A DNA stretch of 64,000 bases from an uncultured Actinomycetes bacterium (GTDB taxonomy: Bacteria > Actinomycetota > Acidimicrobiia > IMCC26256 > DASPTH01). Shown piece by piece: positions 35,578 to 42,984 of this stretch. The notes below the pieces were generated by a model. The model did not search any database and was not told the origin of the DNA. It was given only the letters and a program-made list of their open reading frames with translations. Positions within the stretch are counted from its first letter, which is position 1. Each line of letters starts with the position of its first letter. Made by a program: the position numbers and the translations under genes. The DNA lies in NCBI GenBank assembly GCA_963784595.1, contig CAWARX010000002.1, positions 34,057 through 98,056 of the forward strand, written 5' to 3'.

Positions 35578-37536
35578 TCAGGACACGTATGCCGGTGCCG
35601 CGGTCTGCAGATCCGCGTCGGGCGCGCCTGCAACAGTTCCGTGGTGCAGTTGCTGGGGCAAGACCACGAAGCAGTACTCGACGAGGAGCGCGCGGGTCTT
35701 CGTGTCGCTCGTGTCGAGCAGGCATCCGACGCGGTACCTCGTTCCGTCGCCGTTCAATTGGCACGATGCCACCTGCGTACGAAGGGTGAGCTCACGGATC
35801 GTGCCGCTCGCGTCGGGGACGCGCGTCAGCAGCTCGAACCGGGCACCTCGCTCGAGTTCGACCGGCGACTCGAACGCGAGCCCGTCGGGAGTGAGGTCCA
35901 GTAGCGGGACGATCGTGGAGGTCGGCGAGATCCGCGCCCGCAACCGCACGGGGAAACGGTACTGGGCGCGAACCTGACGACGCCGTACCAGCGAACCCAC
36001 GACCACTGCCATGCAGCCCAGCTCCCACACGCCCAGCACGAGAGTGATGATGCGCGCGAGCTCCGGCATCTCCGGCGCGTGCAGGACACCCAACCAGGAA
36101 GCCACGCGTATGAGCCACGCGACGAGGAGCAGCGCGAACGCGGCAGTCACGAGCTTCAGCATCCCGAGAACCTGAAGGCCGCCCTCATCCACGCCCTCTT
36201 TGGGCGTCACGCGGAACGCGCCGGCGCGACCGAACACGATCGACGCGACACCGCCGATGTAGATCCCCATGGTCATGATGCCGTAGCGAGTGGAGTCGAA
36301 TACCCCGAGCGTGCCGCGCCCGAGCGCCGCCGTCGAGCCAAGCGCGAGGAGCGACCAAGGCAGCCAGAGGACCAGCAACATCGCTACGGACGCGTGCATG
36401 GGAAGCTGACCCGTCGCCAGGGTCCATGCAAGGACCAGGAGCAGAGCGAGACGTTGCAGCCCGGAGAAGTAGTTGAGGAGCGACGCGAGGTAGCTCAGGC
36501 GTTGCTTCCCCGACAGGCCGCGGCACGTGACGGGATTCTCCGAGGTTCGGAACACTCTGAGGTTCCCTCGTGCCCAGCGTGCTCGCTGGAGAAGGAACCC
36601 GCCGAGGTCATGCGGCGCGAGGCCCTGCACGAGGACCTCGTCGTGATAGCGCGTGCGCCACCCCGCGTGCATGGCGATGGTCGTGTGGAAATCCTCGGCA
36701 ACCGTGTCGGTCAGTACACCGCCGACCTGTTCCAGTGCGGCTCGGCGTATGAGTGTCGCCGAGCCGCACCAGAAGATCCCGTTGTGACGGTCCTTTCCTG
36801 GGGCGATCACTTCGAAGAAGAGGGTCTGCTCGTGACGCTCGAGCCGAGTGTGTTGCACCGAGTCTCGGTTCGAGAAATCGTGTGGAGTCTGCACGAGCGA
36901 CAGTTGCGGGTCGCGAAAGTAGCCCACGAGCGATTCGAGGATGCCGGGCATCGGGACGTGGTCGGCGTCGAGGAACAGGATCAGCTCGCCGTGAGTCGAT
37001 CGCAGTGCGTGGTTGATGTTGCCCGCTTTGGCATGGTCGTTGTCGCTACGGGTGACGTAACGAATCCCCAGCCGTGCCGCGAGGGCTTCTACCTCGGGTC
37101 GGCGTCCGTCATCGAGCAGGTAGGTCGTGTGTGGCAGCCTGATCGCACGGCAACCGATCAGCGTGGCTTCGAGCACAGTCAGGCTCTCGTCGTAGGTGCA
37201 GACGAAGACGTCGACCGAAGGAGTCGGGTACGTCAACGCCGGTTGGCGGTGGCGCGGTGCCGACCACGCCAGGAACACGTACAACGCGAGATTCAGCCAT
37301 CCGAACAACTCGGCTGCCAGCAGCATCAGGAACAGCACGAGCGGCACACCGCGTCCGCTGACCATGACACGCCATGCCAGGTACGCCGTGCCCCAACCCA
37401 GCGCGCTCAGGCCGAGCACCTGCACGAGATGCGGGTGACGCCACCAGAACCCCGACCGGACGTCCGGGACACAGGGCGCCGCGGCCGGGTTCCGACGTTC
37501 TCCGGTTTCCACCTCCGACTCTTCGGCCGCCAACAC
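35578..37536 (-). CDS. glycosyltransferase family 2 processive beta-glycan synthase (cellulose synthase BcsA-like) with a C-terminal PilZ domain
   Basis: 652 aa. GT2 motifs: VCTYDE, LLDDG, DADH, TED (TVAEDFHT) and QxxRW (QRARWARG). Multiple TM helices. PilZ motifs: RRRQVR (RxxxR) and DLTPDG (DxSxxG-like). Confidence 0.85.
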   Translation of the reverse strand: MLAAEESEVETGERRNPAAAPCVPDVRSGFWWRHPHLVQVLGLSALGWGTAYLAWRVMVSGRGVPLVLFLMLLAAELFGWLNLALYVFLAWSAPRHRQPALTYPTPSVDVFVCTYDESLTVLEATLIGCRAIRLPHTTYLLDDGRRPEVEALAARLGIRYVTRSDNDHAKAGNINHALRSTHGELILFLDADHVPMPGILESLVGYFRDPQLSLVQTPHDFSNRDSVQHTRLERHEQTLFFEVIAPGKDRHNGIFWCGSATLIRRAALEQVGGVLTDTVAEDFHTTIAMHAGWRTRYHDEVLVQGLAPHDLGGFLLQRARWARGNLRVFRTSENPVTCRGLSGKQRLSYLASLLNYFSGLQRLALLLVLAWTLATGQLPMHASVAMLLVLWLPWSLLALGSTAALGRGTLGVFDSTRYGIMTMGIYIGGVASIVFGRAGAFRVTPKEGVDEGGLQVLGMLKLVTAAFALLLVAWLIRVASWLGVLHAPEMPELARIITLVLGVWELGCMAVVVGSLVRRRQVRAQYRFPVRLRARISPTSTIVPLLDLTPDGLAFESPVELERGARFELLTRVPDASGTIRELTLRTQVASCQLNGDGTRYRVGCLLDTSDTKTRALLVEYCFVVLPQQLHHGTVAGAPDADLQTAAPAYVS

Positions 37537-37766
37537 TGCCGGATTGAGGAACTTCGTCGCGTGGCCAAGCGCGCTGGTCGTCGACCACTACCACGAGCGC
37601 CGGATCGATGGTCGCGGACGGATCCTTACCGACGGCACTCAGCGCGACGCGGCGCCCGAGTCAACTCGCGGACGAGCACAGGCGGCGTCGACAAAACGGG
37701 CCACCCGGTCCGATGATCGCCGCGAGATCCGGTGGCAGAGAGCCTGGCCGTGCCAGGACCTCAGTT

Positions 37767-39059
37767 TCAGCGCTCTTCGGTCTGGAGCACCTTGCTGGCA
37801 GTACCGACGAACGAGCTGATGTCGGTGTTCGAGCGCTTCTGGCGCGGGCTGCGGGTGACGACGTCGACGTCGGTCGCCTGCGCGCGGAGCGCGCCGACGG
37901 TGCATTCCGCCTTCGGCCGCTGCGCGAACGGATCGAACTGGAAGATCCGCATGGCGTTCTCGTGCGTGACCTTGTTGATCACGTCGTCAGGCAGGTGGCC
38001 CGACGTCTTCATGAACACCTCGGGCGCGTGCGGCCAGGCCGAGTCGGAGTGGGGGTAGTCGCACTCCCACGTGACCATGTCGATCCCGACGTCGTCGAGG
38101 AGCTTCAGGCCGGTGGGGTCGTCGATGAAGCAGGTGACGATGTGCTCGTGGAACACCTGGCTCGGGAGCTTGTCGCCGAAGTCCTGGTGGGTCCACGCCT
38201 TGTGGTGCTGGTAGGTGAAGTCGATCCGGTCGAGGAAGTACGGGATCCACCCGATGCCACCCTCGGACAGCGCGATCTTCAGATCGGGGAACTTGCGGAA
38301 GACCTGCGACCAGATCAGGTCGGCCGCGCACATGAACAGGTTCACCGGCGTGACCGTGATCATGACGTCGACAGGTGCGTCGTCCGACGTCACCGAGATC
38401 GACGACGACGAGCCGATGTGCAAGCACACGACGGTGCCGGTCTCCTCACAGGCGCTCCAGAACGGGTCCCAGTGGTCGGTGTGGAAGCTCGGGTACCCGA
38501 GCTTGGTCGGGTTCTCGGAGAACGTCACCGCGCGGCATCCCTTCGCCGCGACGCGGCGGATCTCGGCGGCCATCAGCTCCGGGTCCCAGATGGGCACGAT
38601 CGCGAGCGGCATGAAGCGGCCCGGGTACGTGCCGCACCACTCGTCGATGTGCCAGTTGTTGTAGGCCTGCAGGAGCCGCAGGCCGAGGTCGCGGTCGGGC
38701 GTCTTGCTGAACAGCTGTCCGCAGAATCCGGTCATCGACGGGAAGCACAGCGAGCCGAGCACACCGTTGACGTCCATGTCGCGCACGCGCTCGTGGATGT
38801 CGTACGCGCCGCGCCGGATCTCGTCGAACGCGGTCGGTTCGAAGCCGTACTCCTCGGGCGGGCGGCCGGCGACCGCGTTCAGCCCGACGTTGGGGATCTC
38901 CATCCCCTCGAACAGCCACACGTCGGCTTCCATGGCGTCGTTGTGGATCACCTTGGGCGCCCGGTCACGGTCGGCGGCGGCCACGTGACGCTCGAACAGG
39001 TCGGGCGGCTCCACCACGTGGTCGTCGACACTGACGAGGATGAGGTCGTTCATGTCCAT
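37767..39059 (-). CDS. amidohydrolase family protein (amidohydrolase_2 / ACMSD-like)
   Basis: 430 aa. N-terminal SVDDHVVEPPDLF metal-binding start and C-terminal ECDYPHSD. Confidence 0.85.
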   Translation of the reverse strand: MDMNDLILVSVDDHVVEPPDLFERHVAAADRDRAPKVIHNDAMEADVWLFEGMEIPNVGLNAVAGRPPEEYGFEPTAFDEIRRGAYDIHERVRDMDVNGVLGSLCFPSMTGFCGQLFSKTPDRDLGLRLLQAYNNWHIDEWCGTYPGRFMPLAIVPIWDPELMAAEIRRVAAKGCRAVTFSENPTKLGYPSFHTDHWDPFWSACEETGTVVCLHIGSSSSISVTSDDAPVDVMITVTPVNLFMCAADLIWSQVFRKFPDLKIALSEGGIGWIPYFLDRIDFTYQHHKAWTHQDFGDKLPSQVFHEHIVTCFIDDPTGLKLLDDVGIDMVTWECDYPHSDSAWPHAPEVFMKTSGHLPDDVINKVTHENAMRIFQFDPFAQRPKAECTVGALRAQATDVDVVTRSPRQKRSNTDISSFVGTASKVLQTEER

Positions 39060-39170
39060 GATGGGGCTCCCCCGATCGCCTGGCGCGTCTGCGTGAGCCT
39101 ACGCGCAGTTGGGCGGAGTTCACATCTGCCCGGGCACCCGGGGCGCGGCGACGCTCGTATGCTGCGCCGC

Positions 39171-40082
39171 ATGAGCCACCAACGCCTGGCCGGACGGGTC
39201 GCCATCGTCACCGGCGCGAGCCGGGGCATCGGCGAGGCGATCGCTCGCACCTTCGCGCGTGAGGGCGCGGCCGTGGCCGTCGCCGCCCGCACCGAGGCGG
39301 TGTTCGACCCGCGCCTGCCCGGCACCATCCACGACACCGTGGCCGCCATCGACGCCGAGGGCGGGCGCGCGGTCGCGATCCGCGCCGACCTCGCCCGCGA
39401 CGACGACGTGGACCGCCTGGTCGAGGAGGCCCGCGCCGCGCTCGGCCCGATCGACCTGCTCGTGAACAACGCCGCGGTCACCGTGCCCGGTCGTCCGCCA
39501 AGCCCGAGCCCGGGCCCGGGCCCGTCACCCGCCGCGGCGGCGCGTCCCGCGGCTCCGGCGCTCACCGCGACGTCGCCGGCGCCCGGTCGCGGTTCCTTCC
39601 TCGACTTCCCGCTGAAGGGCTACCGCCTGCACTACCAGGTCGGGTTGTTCGCGACCTACCGGCTCATGCAGCTCGTGCTCCCCGACATGATCGAGCTCGG
39701 TCGTGGCGGCATCGTCAACATCAGCTCGCTCGCCGCGTTCATCCCCGGCGAAGGGCCCTACGAGCGCCCGGGCACGCCGACGGGCTTCGCGTACGGCGGG
39801 AACAAGGCCGCGATGCACCACCTCACCGAGGCGGTTGCGTTCGAGATGGCCGCCCACCACATCGCGGTGAACGCGCTCCTGCCGTCCGAGCCGGTGCTCA
39901 CCCCCGGCAACCTCGTCGCCGCCGCCGGTGAGGAGCACTGGGCGAGCGCGGACGACTTCGCCGAGGCCACGCTCCGGGTCGCGACCGCCGACCCGTCCGT
40001 GATGACGGGACAGATCCTCTGGAGTGAAGACGTGCTGCACCCCGAGCTCGGGAAACGGGGCTGGCTCCGCGACCTCCCCTGA
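39171..40082 (+). CDS. SDR family oxidoreductase with a Pro/Ala-rich loop insertion
   Basis: The frame of ORF 37608..40082 is used from the ATG at 39171 (alternative ATG at 39159). Motifs TGASRGIG, NNAA and YGGNK. Confidence 0.85.
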   Translation: MSHQRLAGRVAIVTGASRGIGEAIARTFAREGAAVAVAARTEAVFDPRLPGTIHDTVAAIDAEGGRAVAIRADLARDDDVDRLVEEARAALGPIDLLVNNAAVTVPGRPPSPSPGPGPSPAAAARPAAPALTATSPAPGRGSFLDFPLKGYRLHYQVGLFATYRLMQLVLPDMIELGRGGIVNISSLAAFIPGEGPYERPGTPTGFAYGGNKAAMHHLTEAVAFEMAAHHIAVNALLPSEPVLTPGNLVAAAGEEHWASADDFAEATLRVATADPSVMTGQILWSEDVLHPELGKRGWLRDLP

Positions 40083-40112
40083 CCACCGTGATGTCCCCGG
40101 AACTCGGCGTCG

Positions 40113-40406
40113 TCACCGGCCGCGGCTGCGGCGGTCAGCATCTCGATGGACCGAGCCACCCCCCACCCGGCTGACCGGGCCCTCAGGCGTCACCGCGGCG
40201 CGACGTTCGTGGTCCCACTCGTCCCAGGCGGTGTCCAACGCGGCGATCGCCTCGGGGATCGCGTCCTGCGCCTCGAGGTGGGCCCGCAGGCGCGCCCGGC
40301 TGGGTTTCCCGGGCGGCGGCCACGCGGGGTCCTTCCGGGTGTCGCGGGCCAGATCGCCGACGAGGTCACGGCGCCACGTCTGGCGCTTCAGCCACTCCAG
40401 GAACAT
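40113..40406 (-). CDS. YozE/SAM-like domain protein
   Basis: From ORF 40113..40460, start at ATG 40406 (MFLEWLKRQTWRRDLVGDLARDTRKDPAWP). Confidence 0.55.
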   Translation of the reverse strand: MFLEWLKRQTWRRDLVGDLARDTRKDPAWPPPGKPSRARLRAHLEAQDAIPEAIAALDTAWDEWDHERRAAVTPEGPVSRVGGGSVHRDADRRSRGR

Positions 40407-40475
40407 CACCCGACGAGTCTCGCAGGCTCTAGGTTCACTGGTACGAGTTCTCGACCTCACCGGATCGGAGGTTCG

Positions 40476-41290
40476 ATGCGGGTACTGGTGCTGGGAGCGG
40501 GCTCACGAGTTCTACACGGTCGAGGGTGCGTTCGCGGTGCGCGGGGTGCTCGAAGGTTTCGGCGGCGGCCGCGTGGTCGTCGGGGTCACCTCGACGCCGT
40601 TCAAGTGCCCGCCCGCACCGAGCGAGACCGCGCTGTTGATGCACGACTACCTGGTCCGGCGCGGCTTGCGCGACCGCTCCGAGGTGTCACTCGTCATGCC
40701 GCTCCCGGCGCCGATCCCGCCGTCCCGACGCGTCGGAGGTGTTGCTCGCGGCGTTCGCCGAGCGGGGCATCGCCTGGCATCCCGAGCGACTGATCCAGGC
40801 CCTCGGCCCGGCGCGGAAGGTGGCGAAGCTCGCCGACGGCGACGAGATGCCCTACGACCTCTTCCTCGGTGTGCCCGTGCACCGCGCGCCGGCCGTGGTC
40901 GAGGAATCCGGGCTCACCGTCGACGGCTGGATCCCGGTCGATCCGTTGACCCTCGAGACCAGCGATCCCGGCGTGTACGCAGTCCGTGACGTGACCATCA
41001 TCGGCACACCCAAGGCGGGCGTGTTCGCGAAAGGGCGGGCCGGCATCGTGGCCGATGCGATCATCGCCGAGCGTCGGGGCCTCACCGATCGGGAGACCTA
41101 CGACGGACACGGGATCTGCTTCGTCGAGTTCGGTCGCGACGAAGTCGGGCGCATCGACGTGACCTGCAAGAGCGGGGAACGACCGGTCGGGCTCCTCGAC
41201 GGGCCGTCCGAGGCGCACGCGACGGAGAAGTTCGACTTCGGTGCCCACCGCGCCCGACGCTGGTTCGGTCACGACGGGCGCAACTACTGA
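40476..41290 (+). pseudogene. NAD(P)/FAD-dependent oxidoreductase (sulfide:quinone oxidoreductase-like), degraded by an internal deletion of roughly 110-120 codons and one frame change
   Basis: MRVLVLGAG (40476, RBS GGAG) runs directly into HEFYTVEGAF...TSTPFKCPPAPSETALL in another frame (ORF 40024..40989). It then continues as LLAAFAERGIAWHPE... in a third frame (ORF 40739..41290), switching at CCC 40724-26. Confidence 0.75.
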
Positions 41291-41309
41291 CCCGCGACGA
41301 TCCCGGGGC

Positions 41310-42545
41310 TCAGCTGCGCAGGGTCTCGCTCCACGGCACCCCGTGGTCGGCGCTCGGTTCGCGGGGAAGCCCCAGGGCACGTTCAGCGAGGTTGTTGCGT
41401 TGCACCTCGTTCGTGCCACCACCGATCGAGATGCCGTAGCGGCCCATCACCTCGGCCCCGACCCAACGACCCACTTCGTCGTCGCCGAGCAACCCCGCCG
41501 GCCCGGCGATCGCTGCCGCGACATCACCGGAGAGCGCACGGTTCCCGGCGACGAACAGCTTGAGGATCGACGGATCGACGGGTGGGCGCTCGCGCCGGCG
41601 CACGGCGGACATGATGCGCTCGGCGAGCAGTCCGAGGGTCCGCTCGCGCGTGTAGAAGTCGGCGAGGCGCTGGCGCACGAGGGGATCGCCGGTGTTCCCG
41701 AACGTCTGCGCCAGGCGCAGCAAGTTCGAGAAGATGTCACTCCCCGAGCCTCCGATCATCGCCGACTCGTTCGACAGCACGGTGCGGGCGGCCGCCCATC
41801 CCCCGTCGATCTCGCCGAGCACGTTCGTCACCGGCACCCGGACGTCCTCGAGGAACACCTCGTTGAAGTGCGCGGCGCCGGTCGCCTGGACGAGCGGGCG
41901 GACCTCGATCCCGGGGCTCGCCATGTCGACGAGGAGGAACGTGATCCCCCGGTGCTTCGGCACGTCCACATTCGTGCGCGCCAGCAGCATGCCGTGGTCA
42001 CACCACTGCGCGGCCGAGTTCCACACCTTCTGGCCGGTGACCACGAACTCGTCACCGTCGCGCACGGCCCGGCACGCCAGGCCGGCGAGATCGGAGCCCG
42101 CGCCCGGCTCGCTGAAGAGCTGACACCACGCGTCGTCACCGGAGAGCAGCCGCGGGACCAGCTCGCGCTGCTGTTGGTCGGTGCCGTAGGCCATGAGCGT
42201 CGGACCGAGCATGGCGATCGTCGCCCGGATGAAGCCGGACGACGCCTCGTAGTTGGCGGCCTCTTCGTCGTAGACGCGTTCCTGCCAGGCTTCGCCGCCC
42301 TGGCCACCCACCGCTTTCGGGTAGGTGAAGCCGGCCATGCCGGCATCGAAGCGCGTGCGCTGCCACGCCCGGCCCTCGTCGAACGCCCGCCGGGCGGCTT
42401 CCGCGTCGGTGTGGAAGTTGAGCGCCCACGGACTCGCTTCCCGCTTCGGGTGCGAGTTGGCGGCGAGGAACGCCCGCACGTCGGCGCGGAACACCGCTTG
42501 GGCCGGCGTGTCGGACGACTGCACTTCGTCGATCGTGGTGGTCAC
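41310..42545 (-). CDS. acyl-CoA dehydrogenase family protein
   Basis: From ORF 41310..42878, GTG start at 42545 (VTTTIDEVQ). FSEPGAGSD, and C-terminal GGGTNEVQRNNLAERALGLP. Confidence 0.9.
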   Translation of the reverse strand: MTTTIDEVQSSDTPAQAVFRADVRAFLAANSHPKREASPWALNFHTDAEAARRAFDEGRAWQRTRFDAGMAGFTYPKAVGGQGGEAWQERVYDEEAANYEASSGFIRATIAMLGPTLMAYGTDQQQRELVPRLLSGDDAWCQLFSEPGAGSDLAGLACRAVRDGDEFVVTGQKVWNSAAQWCDHGMLLARTNVDVPKHRGITFLLVDMASPGIEVRPLVQATGAAHFNEVFLEDVRVPVTNVLGEIDGGWAAARTVLSNESAMIGGSGSDIFSNLLRLAQTFGNTGDPLVRQRLADFYTRERTLGLLAERIMSAVRRRERPPVDPSILKLFVAGNRALSGDVAAAIAGPAGLLGDDEVGRWVGAEVMGRYGISIGGGTNEVQRNNLAERALGLPREPSADHGVPWSETLRS

Positions 42546-42642
42546 CGCAGGGCGCTCCAAGCATCGTTCTCGCTCGAGGCCGCGACGGTACCCGCCGAGA
42601 CGACGGCCCGGCTCCTCGTGCCCGCGTTTCCCGGGTACGGAA

Positions 42643-42660
42643 TATACCCATGGGGGTATA
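42643..42660. promoter_or_regulatory. CsoR/RcnR-family-type operator-like palindrome TATACCCATGGGGGTATA
   Basis: AT-rich arms flank a C-tract and a G-tract. It lies 52 nt upstream of the DUF2892 ATG, in the divergent intergenic region shared with the ACAD gene. Confidence 0.4.
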
Positions 42661-42711
42661 GGGTTGGAGCAGCGACAACCCCCGAGCACGTTCGCCGACG
42701 AGGAGCCGACC

Positions 42712-42963
42712 ATGACCATCACTTCCCACCCGCATGCGACCCCATCCGCCGCTTCGAACCGGTGGCCGTTGGAGCGGGTGTTGTTCGCCCTCGCCGGGAC
42801 GATGACCCTGGTGAGCGTCGCCCTCGCGGTCCTGGTGAGCCCGTGGTTCCTCCTGCTGACCGCCTTCGTCGGCGTCAACCAGTGGCTCTACGTCACCGCA
42901 GGGGCGTGTCCGGCCTCGCTGGTCCTGCGGCGTCTCGGCGTCGCGCCCCGCTGTCGCTGGTGA
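42712..42963 (+). CDS. DUF2892 (YgaP-like) small membrane protein
   Basis: The frame of ORF 42325..42963 is used from the ATG at 42712, with RBS AGGAG. Two TM helices and a GACP motif. Confidence 0.65.
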   Translation: MTITSHPHATPSAASNRWPLERVLFALAGTMTLVSVALAVLVSPWFLLLTAFVGVNQWLYVTAGACPASLVLRRLGVAPRCRW

Positions 42964-42984
42964 GCACGGCGACGGGGGCGCGGC

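Noticed and set aside
37537-37766. The 230-nt gap upstream of the GT2-PilZ gene, checked for a small ORF, a riboswitch (for example c-di-GMP-I/II) or a repeat.
   Set aside because: I could not find conserved GEMM-like motifs, convincing hairpins or a plausible small ORF by eye. It is probably just the promoter region of the putatively acquired gene. A covariance-model scan would be the proper test.
39486-39595. The Pro/Ser/Ala-rich stretch (GRPPSPSPGPGPSPAAAARPAAPALTATSPAPGRGS) inside the SDR at 39171..40082. I considered whether it is a frameshift artefact or an inserted element.
   Set aside because: SDR motifs on both sides (NNAA before, FLDFPLKGYRLHYQ...YGGNK after) are in the same frame. 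A variable loop at this position seems to be a feature of this SDR subfamily, so I treat it as a native low-complexity loop.
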